Below, piece by piece: positions 48,387 through 57,714 of a DNA stretch of 64,000 nt. The notes under the pieces are model-generated. The model was given only the letters and a program-made list of their open reading frames with translations. It ran no database searches and was not told the DNA's origin. Position 1 is the first letter of the stretch. Every line of letters begins with the position of its first letter. This stretch comes from a virus. Lineage: Duplodnaviria; Caudoviricetes. The position numbers and the translations under genes were made by a program. Location: the IMG/VR virus record IMGVR_UViG_3300009709_000023, positions 18,862-82,861 of that record. The stretch is one strand, 5' to 3'.

Positions 48387-48769
48387 ATGTGGACCTTCCT
48401 TTTGGGGCTGGTCCTCGGTTTGATTCTCGATGTCAACTGGAAGCCCCTTAAGGAATTCCGAAAGTGGCTTAACTCTAAATAGGAGTTGTTATGCTTACGG
48501 GTCTCATCATCTACGTAGTTAGCTCTTGTGTACTGTCCACCTTGGGTATTCTAATCGTCCGTGGTGGAACGAGCAAACCTTCCCCCATCCGCACCGACCG
48601 CAAGGCCGACCAAAAGTAGAATCAACCCAGGGCTAGTAAAGACTGGGTTGGTTTCCATCTGTTTGCTTTTAGGAAGTACATCATGAACTGGCCCGAATCA
48701 TTCGCTATAGTTGGCTGTGCTTGGGCCTTCGTAGCTCTTATATATGTTTTTACAAATTCTTGGGAGTAG
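48387..48769 (+). CDS. Three tiny membrane peptides (48387-48482, 48491-48619, 48683-48769)
   Basis: Hand-translated hydrophobic ORFs of 31, 42 and 28 aa; AGGAG and AGGA upstream of the last two. Confidence 0.55.
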
Positions 48770-48771
48770 CA

Positions 48772-49566
48772 ATGGATTTCGACCTGGTAAAAATGGGTAG
48801 TCTCATCGACAGTCGCCTTAGTAAGTTTGGTGTGGACTACAACACACACTGCCGCATCGTGAACATTTCTGACGGGTCGGGAACAATGCAGGATCTGTAC
48901 CGCAATGGGACGATGCAAGAACTGATCAATCGCGTCTACGCTGTTGCAAATGTTTTAGCACCGACTTCGGAAATGGAGCAGTATGTTTTCAGCGTTGATT
49001 ACGCAAAACTTCCCTCCGCAACTGGAAACACCATTGAATCGTATTATTCACACACGGTTCGACAAGCATGTACTTGGGGTGGTACGAAATATTCTCCAGT
49101 TCTGCGTGCGGCGATTGATTCATACGATGCCAAGATCAGCGCTATAACAATTGGACATGTCAAGCCACTTGGAGAAATTCCTAAGGTAGGATTTTTCAGA
49201 CGTATTTTCGGCTTAAAGCCTAAACTTGACTTCGATGAAATCTTGCCGCCTGTTACGTTGTATAAACGGCACAATATCACCCCGATGTACCCAATGTTGA
49301 TCATCTTCCAAACGGACGGTGACAATATCAAAACCGATGAAGAGACATTCTTCCGAGTACTTGATGCTGCTCGTAGCAAAGCTATTTTCGTCATGTTCAT
49401 CGGCGTCGGAACCAAAGTATTCAGCCTGTTGAAAATAGCGGGCGGCCGGTACTCGAATTGTGATTTCTTCTCGGCCGTGGACATCGGCGGTTTAACGGAC
49501 GAACAATTCTACGAGAACCTTCTCAGTGAAAAATTCCTCAACTGGCTGAAAGAGACCAAGGTGTAG
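48772..49566 (+). CDS. vWA-domain protein (Ter-associated-like)
   Basis: NISDGSGTM, GTKYSPVL, IIFQTDGDN, FVMFIGVG. Confidence 0.65.
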   Translation: MDFDLVKMGSLIDSRLSKFGVDYNTHCRIVNISDGSGTMQDLYRNGTMQELINRVYAVANVLAPTSEMEQYVFSVDYAKLPSATGNTIESYYSHTVRQACTWGGTKYSPVLRAAIDSYDAKISAITIGHVKPLGEIPKVGFFRRIFGLKPKLDFDEILPPVTLYKRHNITPMYPMLIIFQTDGDNIKTDEETFFRVLDAARSKAIFVMFIGVGTKVFSLLKIAGGRYSNCDFFSAVDIGGLTDEQFYENLLSEKFLNWLKETKV

Positions 49567-49568
49567 CT

Positions 49569-49844
49569 ATGCTTACTCAGGTTGAAAGAAATCTCCTGAT
49601 TCGGGTCAGGGAAGCTATCAAGGCAGAACAAGAGTGGTATATCTGTGTCGCTTTAAGAGACTTGGCTTGGGGACTTGAAGAACACGGGGCTGCTACACGA
49701 CTGAAAACCTACATCACGGAGAGTTTACACATTCTACCGAACACATTGGAAACCTGGCAAATGCACAGAGGTTTTCGAAACCGCACTGGGCCTCAACTCA
49801 GGGCGGATCGTATCGCGTGGATTGATTGGATGTTGGACCAATAA
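49569..49844 (+). CDS. Hypothetical protein
   Basis: Operon packing. Confidence 0.55.
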   Translation: MLTQVERNLLIRVREAIKAEQEWYICVALRDLAWGLEEHGAATRLKTYITESLHILPNTLETWQMHRGFRNRTGPQLRADRIAWIDWMLDQ

Positions 49845-49864
49845 CCCATCAACGAGGAATAACA

Positions 49865-50008
49865 ATGACGGCCTATATTAAACACATAGCGAGGGCGGGT
49901 GCAATATTTTGTATTTTCGAGGTCCTTTCCGCAGTTGTCGGTTTGGAAAGTAGCCAAGCTTTAGAAATTGCGTGTTCCGCAGCAATAGTTTCTCTCATCG
50001 TTGCTTAA
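49865..50008 (+). CDS. Small membrane peptide
   Basis: GAGG RBS; hydrophobic. Confidence 0.5.
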   Translation: MTAYIKHIARAGAIFCIFEVLSAVVGLESSQALEIACSAAIVSLIVA

Positions 50009-50033
50009 TTCCCTTCCCTAATCGGAGATAGTC

Positions 50034-50681
50034 ATGTCGTCATTTCTCAGTGGCATCAAAAAAGCACTCATTTCGGACGATACTCCGAAGCCCGCTGACC
50101 AGTCGGCTAACGCCAAAGTCGCGCCGGAGTATGTCCCGCCGACATCTGATTCCAGCACAGTACTAGCTGCTCAAGGCGTGCTTGATGTCCCGAATATTAC
50201 CAAGGACATCGAGCAACAAATCACAAACAATCCCTCATATGCACTGTACAAGAAGTTCGAAGATCAGCTCGAAATTCTTAAAACTGTGCCGGGAATGGAC
50301 GAAGCAACCCGTTTTCGTGCTTCTGCAGCAACGGTAGGGGCAGCGCCTGCAGACCTTATAGCTGCGTTGAATTCGCATGGAGTAGTACTGGCGGATTCAG
50401 CAACGCGGTTTGAATCGGTATTCATCGTGGCAGGAAAAGGCGCGCTTGAAAATCTCAAGCATGAAATTGAAGCCGCCGAGCAAAAGGTTAAAGACCTTAC
50501 TGATCAGTTGGGCGCTGCATCGCAAGCCAAGACTGATTTGGTCAATGCTTCCCAGCAGCGGGCGGTAGACCTCGGTAAGGCAGATGTTGATTTCAAGGGA
50601 ATCGTCGCTGCCTTGAGTACAAAATACCGCGACCGTGCAGCTAAAGTCCAACAACACCTGGGGGTTGGAAATGCCAAATGA
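50034..50681 (+). CDS. Coiled-coil hypothetical protein
   Basis: GGAG RBS; heptad-rich C-terminal half. Confidence 0.65.
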   Translation: MSSFLSGIKKALISDDTPKPADQSANAKVAPEYVPPTSDSSTVLAAQGVLDVPNITKDIEQQITNNPSYALYKKFEDQLEILKTVPGMDEATRFRASAATVGAAPADLIAALNSHGVVLADSATRFESVFIVAGKGALENLKHEIEAAEQKVKDLTDQLGAASQAKTDLVNASQQRAVDLGKADVDFKGIVAALSTKYRDRAAKVQQHLGVGNAK

Positions 50682-51666
50682 TCTTGTCAAAATAGGCAGC
50701 AAGAAAATTTCCTTCTGGGATACTAAGGAAGGAACGACAGGCATGTTCACTAGTCTAGGCATTCTGGGCCTGTTAGGATTTGGCTTGTATCATGTGCTGC
50801 CGTTCATCATTACCCTGCTGACGAATACCCTCTATGCTCTTGGCCTGGGAGCACTTTTACTGGCTTTCGTCGGAATCATTTTGGAAGGAACATTGCCTAA
50901 ACGGCTATGGCTGGTTTACAAACGGCTCATGTGGTCTCTTACGTACTCTTTCATTAAGTATGATCCGGCGTGGGTGGCCCGTGATAGGCAGAAAGCTGCG
51001 AAAGAAAAACTGCAGAAAGCGGAAGATGCCAAAGGTAAAGTCAAGGGAACCTTACAAAAAATAAAGTCTACAATCGCTGGGTTCCAACGTGATGCTGATG
51101 ACTACCAACACAAGGCCAATTACCTCCAACATCACGGGGGATTGGAAGTGGAAATACGGTCATATGCATCGAGGCTTCAACAGGCGATGAACGCAATAAA
51201 TCGGCTCAAACCAGGAGCAGATCAGATCGAAGTTCTGGATAAGAAACTTAGTGAAGTACTAGGGGCCTTGAAGGAAGTAAATGTCGGTCTGGACTACACA
51301 ATCGACGCCACAATTCGAGAATATGAAGCCACTCAAGCGATGGGTACTCTTTTGAGCGGTTTACGTTCCGCCTTCCGTGGTGACGATGATGTTGAAGGGC
51401 TGCGAGATCAGGCGCTAAGTCTCATGAGTGACGAAACTGACCATCAGTTTGGTCAGATTGATTCGTTCCTGGAAGATGTCGACAAATTCATGAGCAATCG
51501 GAATTTGGAAAACGCAATCAAGGCAGACGATGGCCTTAAGTTGCTGGAAGACTTGAACTCTCGTACCTTGCAGTTGAAAGTTTCTCCTCAACCCCAAACT
51601 CAACCGGCTACTTTGGATTTTAGGTCAGCCGACGCTCAAACCAGTTACTGGATTAAAAAGGACTGA
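50671..51666 (+). CDS. Two-TM, long coiled-coil protein (PspA/IM30-like architecture; likely start 50671)
   Basis: Two hydrophobic helices followed by about 240 aa of coiled coil. Confidence 0.6.
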   Translation: MPNDLVKIGSKKISFWDTKEGTTGMFTSLGILGLLGFGLYHVLPFIITLLTNTLYALGLGALLLAFVGIILEGTLPKRLWLVYKRLMWSLTYSFIKYDPAWVARDRQKAAKEKLQKAEDAKGKVKGTLQKIKSTIAGFQRDADDYQHKANYLQHHGGLEVEIRSYASRLQQAMNAINRLKPGADQIEVLDKKLSEVLGALKEVNVGLDYTIDATIREYEATQAMGTLLSGLRSAFRGDDDVEGLRDQALSLMSDETDHQFGQIDSFLEDVDKFMSNRNLENAIKADDGLKLLEDLNSRTLQLKVSPQPQTQPATLDFRSADAQTSYWIKKD

Positions 51667-51668
51667 TC

Positions 51669-52868
51669 ATGGCACTCACACGTCTCGGTAGAAATATCAT
51701 CATCGTAGTAGCTATTGCCGTTGTGGGCGGCGGAGGTTACGGATATGCAAAGCATGCAGGTCTATTCAACCACGAAGTTGTTTCCCAGCAACAGAATTGG
51801 AACCAGCCTTCGTCGACTCCCGGCTCTGTGGAAGATTCGGTCCCAGCCCCATCGCAGAGCCCGGATCGTTCTTCCGTACAGACTCAATCTTCACCGGCGG
51901 CGGCGGCCTTCCAGCCTTCGTCGGATGCGCTGAAATCAATCATCACCAACGGCGTAGTTCGTATCTCGGTTGAAAACCCATCCGATCCGTTCTACAACGA
52001 CGATAATGGTCAGATCAGTGGCTTTAACGTCGATTTCGCCAAGCTGTTGTTCCAGGACCAGACATTCATGGCTCTGACTGGTGGGCGGGCGATACGGGTG
52101 GACATGAATCACGAAGTCTCGGAATATGCACAAGTTCCGAAGCAATTGCTCGTGAATGGTCCCAATGGGAGTTCGGTCGTGGATATTGCTATGGATGGCT
52201 TGACCTTCCCTGACGATACTCCTAATGGCGTTGTGTACTCGGCTCCATACGTGACCGATTTCGGTTATGCGTTGATCACCGGCCCCTCCTCGAAAATCCA
52301 TACGGCGGCTCAGTTGAACGACCCCGATGTGCGCATCGGCATTCTAAAGGGCGATCCTGATGTGAAAGCGTTTGTACATCGTCAGTTCCCGTTGGCAGCG
52401 GTCGTGGCTGTAGACGACGCGGATCCGCATTTCATCGACAAGTCCGTGGACGATAGCGTGGTGGATGCATTCATCTATGACTATCCATTTGCAGTGTCAT
52501 CGATCAAAGGTACCGATCTGAAGTTCGCTGTGACCAAACTCGATGGTTCGGATATCGCCTACAAGATCGGCGTACGTTCGAATGACGAGTCGTTGCTGAC
52601 TTATCTGAACACTGCTATTGCACGCGTTAAGAACACCGATGCGTACCGTGCTTTGCTCATCAAGTATTTCGTCAGCAACCAGGTCGTGACTACGGCGGCG
52701 TCGGGTGGTGAACACACTTATGTGGTCCGTCAAGGTGATACACTTGGCAAGATCGCAGCAGTGATGTTGGGATCTTCCGGTCAGTATCGCAAGATCCAGG
52801 CCCGTAACAATCTGCCGAATCCGGATTTGATCCAGGTCGGTCAAAGCCTCGTGATTCCGTCACATTAA
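51669..52868 (+). CDS. Membrane-anchored periplasmic binding protein (amino-acid SBP family 3-like) with C-terminal LysM
   Basis: N-terminal TM; PFYNDDNGQISGFNVDFAK, DIAMDGLT, SAPY, DAFIYD; LysM YVVRQGDTLGKIA...NNLPNPDLIQVGQSLVIP. Confidence 0.8.
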   Translation: MALTRLGRNIIIVVAIAVVGGGGYGYAKHAGLFNHEVVSQQQNWNQPSSTPGSVEDSVPAPSQSPDRSSVQTQSSPAAAAFQPSSDALKSIITNGVVRISVENPSDPFYNDDNGQISGFNVDFAKLLFQDQTFMALTGGRAIRVDMNHEVSEYAQVPKQLLVNGPNGSSVVDIAMDGLTFPDDTPNGVVYSAPYVTDFGYALITGPSSKIHTAAQLNDPDVRIGILKGDPDVKAFVHRQFPLAAVVAVDDADPHFIDKSVDDSVVDAFIYDYPFAVSSIKGTDLKFAVTKLDGSDIAYKIGVRSNDESLLTYLNTAIARVKNTDAYRALLIKYFVSNQVVTTAASGGEHTYVVRQGDTLGKIAAVMLGSSGQYRKIQARNNLPNPDLIQVGQSLVIPSH

Positions 52869-52881
52869 CGAAATAGCTGGA

Positions 52882-52905
52882 ACGCCCGAAGTTTGGGCGT
52901 TTTCA
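52882..52905 (+). terminator. Intrinsic terminator
   Basis: AACGCCC / GGGCGTT stem plus TT. Confidence 0.55.
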
Positions 52906-52919
52906 ATCAGGAGATTTTT

Positions 52920-53495
52920 ATGAAAGCATTAACTGTTAAGCGTTCAGGCTGGGCGTTCAAAATTGCACAATTTGGCGGATTTCCGGAAGATGGCGTTGTT
53001 ACAGACAAGGCAATACATCACAGGAATCAACTTTTATACAAGTTATGGATGTCCGACGGCATTGAACATGACGAATATCAGAGCCGTAAACAATACCCCT
53101 ACCGAGACGCCAATTTCTGCGAGTTTTCCCGAGCCATTCTTTTCGGCGCGATTAAAGGACTGTGTATCAGTTTGACTCTTTTCTTGATAGGTTTTTTAGT
53201 TCTTGCTGGAACCATCGCTGATATTGCATGGGTAGTTCACGCAATTATCCATGGAAAATTCTTAGAACCGTCCGTCTATGCGGTGATAGGATTTGCGGTA
53301 TGGGGACTAGCCGTTTTCTTCGCGCTATGTTGTCTAATTGAATTTGCTAGACAGGCTATCGTCAACAATTGGCCGAACAAAACTGGCGAAAAAGAAGTTG
53401 CACTTATTCAAGAAAAACTTCGTAAGAAGGAACTTCGCCAAGCATTCTGGGGAGCTATTCGTAATAAAACCTGTTTCAAGGTTGAAATCAAGTAA
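52920..53495 (+). CDS. Two-TM membrane protein (likely start 52920)
   Basis: AGGAG RBS; two hydrophobic helices. Confidence 0.6.
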   Translation: MKALTVKRSGWAFKIAQFGGFPEDGVVTDKAIHHRNQLLYKLWMSDGIEHDEYQSRKQYPYRDANFCEFSRAILFGAIKGLCISLTLFLIGFLVLAGTIADIAWVVHAIIHGKFLEPSVYAVIGFAVWGLAVFFALCCLIEFARQAIVNNWPNKTGEKEVALIQEKLRKKELRQAFWGAIRNKTCFKVEIK

Positions 53496-53501
53496 CGTCT
53501 T

Positions 53502-53522
53502 GGAGCCTTCGGGCTCCTTTTA
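53502..53522 (+). terminator. Intrinsic terminator with UUCG loop
   Basis: GGAGCC-TTCG-GGCTCC-TTTT. Confidence 0.75.
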
Positions 53523-53539
53523 TAAGCATGGGGGATGAT

Positions 53540-53796
53540 ATGTTGGTAGCCTTAATTGAAATTTTTGCAGGATTAGTTTGTGCCTGCGTAGGTGTCTATT
53601 TTTTCTTTGGAGCAGATTGGTTTATGGGTCTACTCATGATTCTACTGGCGATTATTTTCGGGAGTGGCGTTGTAGATGAACTTGGAGGGTAGCAATGTTT
53701 ATGCTATTATGCAAATGTCTTATCAGTCTGCTCTTCACATTTTGTGGAGCAATACTGTTTTCGACAGGGCATTGGTTTTTTGGAGCACTTTGCTTA
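53540..53796 (+). CDS. Two small membrane peptides (53540-53692, 53695-53796)
   Basis: Hand-translated hydrophobic ORFs of 50 and 33 aa; GGAGG upstream of the second. Confidence 0.5.
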
Positions 53797-53904
53797 ATCC
53801 CCTCAGTAGATTTACTTTGGGACCTGATAACCGAAAATCTTATCTAAATTTACCTGCTCTTTTCTGGTATGAGAAGAGTGGGTAGAAAATTTATTTTTAG
53901 GGAA

Positions 53905-54231
53905 ATGAACATGTACGCAGTTATTGGATCTTGCTCGCTTTGTGGCGGCGAAGTAATGGGTTTTACTGGACCTTGGTTTGGAACTGTTCCCCCGAAATCG
54001 TACTGTGCAATCTGCGGCGCAACAGAAGCACGGAATAAAGCAGTTATTCCTATGGAACATCCTGGCAAAGCTTTTGAAAAAGGCATCGGTATAGATATTT
54101 ACGAATCTATAGATAAAAGCTATTACAAATTTGATAGTATGTTTGACTCCGTAATGAGTCCTGTAGACCGAGCTTTCGAAAATATCGAGAAATTTTTTGG
54201 CAAAGTTAAAGGTAAAAAGAAGGAAGAATAA
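53905..54231 (+). CDS. Zn-ribbon hypothetical protein (likely start 53905)
   Basis: CSLCGG...CAICG. Confidence 0.55.
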   Translation: MNMYAVIGSCSLCGGEVMGFTGPWFGTVPPKSYCAICGATEARNKAVIPMEHPGKAFEKGIGIDIYESIDKSYYKFDSMFDSVMSPVDRAFENIEKFFGKVKGKKKEE

Positions 54232-54767
54232 TGACTACAATGGATGTGAATTCAGATGAGGCGGACGGGGAAGATACTCTTTATACACATGCAGTACCAA
54301 CGTTGTCCCCCTCATCTGTTAATACTGTATACGCAGTTGTCCCAACTCACTATAACTCAGTTGATTCCGACGAACATTATTATGCTGACGGATATGAGTT
54401 ACCAATTGCGTTATTTGAATCTAAAGTCAAAGCTGATATTTTTTGTTTAAATGAAATTTTCAAATTTTTAGCAGACTTTAGTGATGAAGATGACACGGAA
54501 CGAAATGAAGAAGATGAGGATGAAACATCGATCGCACTACAGTATTTCAGGTACATGTTTGATAACATGAGATGGGTACATGACCCCTTCGACAAAGACG
54601 AAATCAAAAAAATACTCGAAATACGATCAGCCTCAGAAAAAGATAAAAAATTAGCTTATGGACTATTTAAAGATTTTCTCTTTTCATTAAATGATTGGAA
54701 AGCAGAAAAATTTCTACAAATGATCTCAATTACTCCATTTACTGTCGTAAAGTTGTTTTGTTACTAG
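54231..54767 (+). CDS. Acidic hypothetical protein
   Basis: Coupled start. Confidence 0.55.
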   Translation: MTTMDVNSDEADGEDTLYTHAVPTLSPSSVNTVYAVVPTHYNSVDSDEHYYADGYELPIALFESKVKADIFCLNEIFKFLADFSDEDDTERNEEDEDETSIALQYFRYMFDNMRWVHDPFDKDEIKKILEIRSASEKDKKLAYGLFKDFLFSLNDWKAEKFLQMISITPFTVVKLFCY

Positions 54768-54780
54768 TTAGAGATTAATT

Positions 54781-55005
54781 ATGTTTTTTATTAAATGCTA
54801 TGGTTGTGGCAGCACAAAACCTTTTGAGGGTGAAATCTCTACTCGTAAGGATTTGGAAAATGCTATTTTTCAAATAGGATTTACAAAGTTGGTAGATGAG
54901 TATAGAACAGTTGCTGTATGTAGTCCGAAGTGTGCAAGTCCATTGTTGACAAAACGTGGACAGCTTTTGAAAAGACTTCCGGAACCCTATTCTGCGGAAA
55001 AGTGA
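54781..55005 (+). CDS. Small Zn-finger-like protein
   Basis: CYGC...CSPKC. Confidence 0.55.
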   Translation: MFFIKCYGCGSTKPFEGEISTRKDLENAIFQIGFTKLVDEYRTVAVCSPKCASPLLTKRGQLLKRLPEPYSAEK

Positions 55006-55012
55006 GATAAAA

Positions 55013-55603
55013 ATGGAAGACGTAAAAGAAATTCCTCCAACAAAAGTGCTATTTTTGGACTTGGACGGGGTTTTAAATTCTGAACGCACTGTTGAAGCAA
55101 CAGGTGGGTATCCACATTCCTTTGATCCTGCTGCAATGGAACAGTTTGATCCTATCGCAATCAAATTGATTCAACGATTGCTAAAGCTGACAAAATCAGT
55201 TGTAGTGTTGTCTTCTTCATGGAGACACCTGTTCACAATTGAGGAAGTTGCAGAAGGCTTGGGCATACCTATTCTAAGCTGTACTCCGAGTTTCGGTAAA
55301 ATTCGTGGGGACGAAGTCCAGGAATGGCTTAGTCTTTACACTGAGAAATACAACGTTACGAAATATGCTATTGTCGATGACAATTCAGATTTTCATTCGT
55401 TCCAAGCTCCGTATTTTGTTAAAACAGATCCGTACAACGGGTTGATGTTTGCAGACTATGATCGCTTGTTCAGATTGTTGTCAGACCATGAAGAGAATGA
55501 GGACCTTATCCTTGAGTACCCTCCTAGTGTTAAGTATTCAGCTCATGGAATCACAGTAACAGTGTCTAACAAAGTTGACACAGAAGATCCTAAAGTGGTA
55601 TAA
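55013..55603 (+). CDS. HAD-superfamily phosphatase (RNA-repair-associated type)
   Basis: LFLDLDGVLNS, LSSSWR, YAIVDD. Confidence 0.8.
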   Translation: MEDVKEIPPTKVLFLDLDGVLNSERTVEATGGYPHSFDPAAMEQFDPIAIKLIQRLLKLTKSVVVLSSSWRHLFTIEEVAEGLGIPILSCTPSFGKIRGDEVQEWLSLYTEKYNVTKYAIVDDNSDFHSFQAPYFVKTDPYNGLMFADYDRLFRLLSDHEENEDLILEYPPSVKYSAHGITVTVSNKVDTEDPKVV

Positions 55604-55604
55604 T
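55575..55604 (+). promoter_or_regulatory. Sigma70-like promoter
   Basis: TTGACA-18-TATAAT with extended TG. Confidence 0.65.
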
Positions 55605-55672
55605 TCAATTTCATTGTACAGCATGGTATAACAACTATGTAGTGCAATGTTTTATTTTTAGGGCAGCAAGGT

Positions 55673-55996
55673 ATGAACCAACGAACTGTTAGTACCTATT
55701 GGGCTCGTATATACATGAGTGGCCCTATAGAAGTTGCAAAGCAGATTTGCCGCGCTGAATGTTTACGTGAAGGTTTATGTGTTACTATTGAACCAACTAC
55801 ATATATTTACACTGGCGGTGAAGAAATTGGATTTGTAATTGGCTTGGTGAATTACCCACGTTTTCCAAGCGAACCTGAAGATCTGGCAAACAGAGGTAGG
55901 GATTTGATGAATAAGTTGCTTGAAGCAACATGTCAACATTCCGCAATGCTTATGCTTCCGGAATCTACTGAGTGGGTTACAAAGCGAGAAGCATGA
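55673..55996 (+). CDS. Hypothetical protein
   Basis: ORF with a conserved-looking YIYTGGEE...GLVNYPRFP segment. Confidence 0.6.
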   Translation: MNQRTVSTYWARIYMSGPIEVAKQICRAECLREGLCVTIEPTTYIYTGGEEIGFVIGLVNYPRFPSEPEDLANRGRDLMNKLLEATCQHSAMLMLPESTEWVTKREA

Positions 55997-56157
55997 TGGT
56001 GATGGAAAAAACAGGGAAAGTTGCTCTAACGTCATATGACCTAGATCAGCTTTCCCAAGGTAAAGTAAGTCAGCGCCTAGAAGAGCTCTGGGGTTTGACT
56101 TTGGAAGAGTTGAAAGAAATTGTTGGCTCTAGAAATTACGTCAAAATTGACGAATAA
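55993..56157 (+). CDS. Hypothetical protein
   Basis: Coupled start. Confidence 0.45.
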   Translation: MMVMEKTGKVALTSYDLDQLSQGKVSQRLEELWGLTLEELKEIVGSRNYVKIDE

Positions 56158-56202
56158 ACGTCTAAATACAAAGCTGTAACTTTAGTTTTATTAGGAAAAC
56201 AC

Positions 56203-57048
56203 ATGGAATTCGAAAAACTATACGAACTGGCAGAACAACTTCCTGAGTCTGTACGAGACAATGCAGTTGAATTACTGACCCGTATGAATACCAAGATTGA
56301 GGGTATCGGTGATACTGATGTTGAATGGTATCCTCCGTTGCTTAAAATTGTGCAAGGTATGAGTGATCGGAATAAACTTCCGAAAGGCGCAATGATCGGC
56401 GACGTGATTATTGGTGAACATAAGGTTGAGTCTCCTTTGAAGTTCATCCCTATTCGTGTTTACGAATCGCGTCAATACTGGTCGCCAGACCAAAATGAAG
56501 CACGTATGTTGTGCAGCAGCCCAGACGCTCAAGTTGGATATCTCGGCTTCAATTGCAAGTCGTGTCCTCACGCAAAGTATGATGAAGAAGCAAAGCGTAG
56601 TGAATGTTCTAAGCTTGAAGTTGTAATGGCAATGTCGGAAGACTTGTCAGAACTCTTTGTAATTAACTTTGCAAAGACGAATTACAATGAAGGCCGTGAA
56701 TTCAAGTCGAAGCTTCGTAAGGCGATGGTTCCTCCTTATAAGCGTGTGTATGGCTTGCGTTCTGAATCGAGCAAAGTTTATAAGAACGTTGAATCAATCA
56801 AGGTTGATGTTCTGGAAAAGGACAAACAAGCCACAAATGAAGCGATTCTCCCGTTCCTCGTTGAGCTTTTCAACCAAATTGGCGTAGACCGCAAGAAGAT
56901 GTTGGATGATTTTCACGCAATGATTAAGGAACGCCAAGCGAACGGAGCCGCTCAGCTCCCGGCTCCGGTTGATTCCGAAATCAAACAAATCACTGTCGAA
57001 ACTAGCGAATCGAATGTAAGTGATTTGGCAGGTAAGTATTCCATTTAA
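56203..57048 (+). CDS. Putative Zn-binding ssDNA-binding / recombination protein
   Basis: CSSPD...CKSC...EC; location next to the nuclease and primase; followed by a hairpin (57059-57077). Confidence 0.45.
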   Translation: MEFEKLYELAEQLPESVRDNAVELLTRMNTKIEGIGDTDVEWYPPLLKIVQGMSDRNKLPKGAMIGDVIIGEHKVESPLKFIPIRVYESRQYWSPDQNEARMLCSSPDAQVGYLGFNCKSCPHAKYDEEAKRSECSKLEVVMAMSEDLSELFVINFAKTNYNEGREFKSKLRKAMVPPYKRVYGLRSESSKVYKNVESIKVDVLEKDKQATNEAILPFLVELFNQIGVDRKKMLDDFHAMIKERQANGAAQLPAPVDSEIKQITVETSESNVSDLAGKYSI

Positions 57049-57088
57049 CAAGTAATACAAGACCCCTACGGGGGTCTTCCCACTAGCT

Positions 57089-57712
57089 ATGTCCGAAGAA
57101 AAACAAGACGTTACTGAATTGGTAGAACTTGAATTAGAAAATGAGGTAAAAAATGAAAACGTCACTGATAAAGAGGATCCGATCCCCGGATATATTGCAG
57201 AAGCTTTTCTGTTGGCTAGTCCAGCATCCTATGTTCCTGAAAGCGTTTTACTCAATGAACGCTGTATCATCATGCCTGAGGCTGTAATTTTTGGATGTTT
57301 GATCCAGGAATTAGCCGATTCATTTTTAGTCGCTTTACCTATGGTTATTCAGGTAAACGAAGAGGGTGAATCACAAGGTAAACTTACTCCTAAATGCAGA
57401 GTCGCAAGATTTTTTAAAGCCCAGATTGAATCGGTTACTATGCCGACTGGACAACAACGTTACTTCTATAGTAAAGCGTTGATAGAACATCAAGATACTG
57501 CTAAAGATTTTTTAACTTCAGAACGTATTTCTCATCTAGAAGAATGGATAAGTAACTTCGAAGAAGAGCAGCCTGATCAAGTACGTTTTAACATTGGTGA
57601 AGTGTTAGGCTTGACAGAAGAATCTGATTCTGTTAAAGTCAATTGGGATATGCCTTCCACCGCAAGCGATAAAGCCTTTCAGTATATTTGGCTTGAAACA
57701 CAATTACACTAA
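57089..57712 (+). CDS. Acidic hypothetical protein
   Basis: Long ORF in the replication block. Confidence 0.6.
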   Translation: MSEEKQDVTELVELELENEVKNENVTDKEDPIPGYIAEAFLLASPASYVPESVLLNERCIIMPEAVIFGCLIQELADSFLVALPMVIQVNEEGESQGKLTPKCRVARFFKAQIESVTMPTGQQRYFYSKALIEHQDTAKDFLTSERISHLEEWISNFEEEQPDQVRFNIGEVLGLTEESDSVKVNWDMPSTASDKAFQYIWLETQLH

Positions 57713-57714
57713 CC

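Noticed and set aside
53676-53885. 69-aa track ORF
   Set aside because: Overlapped by two better-supported hydrophobic ORFs (53540-53692, 53695-53796).
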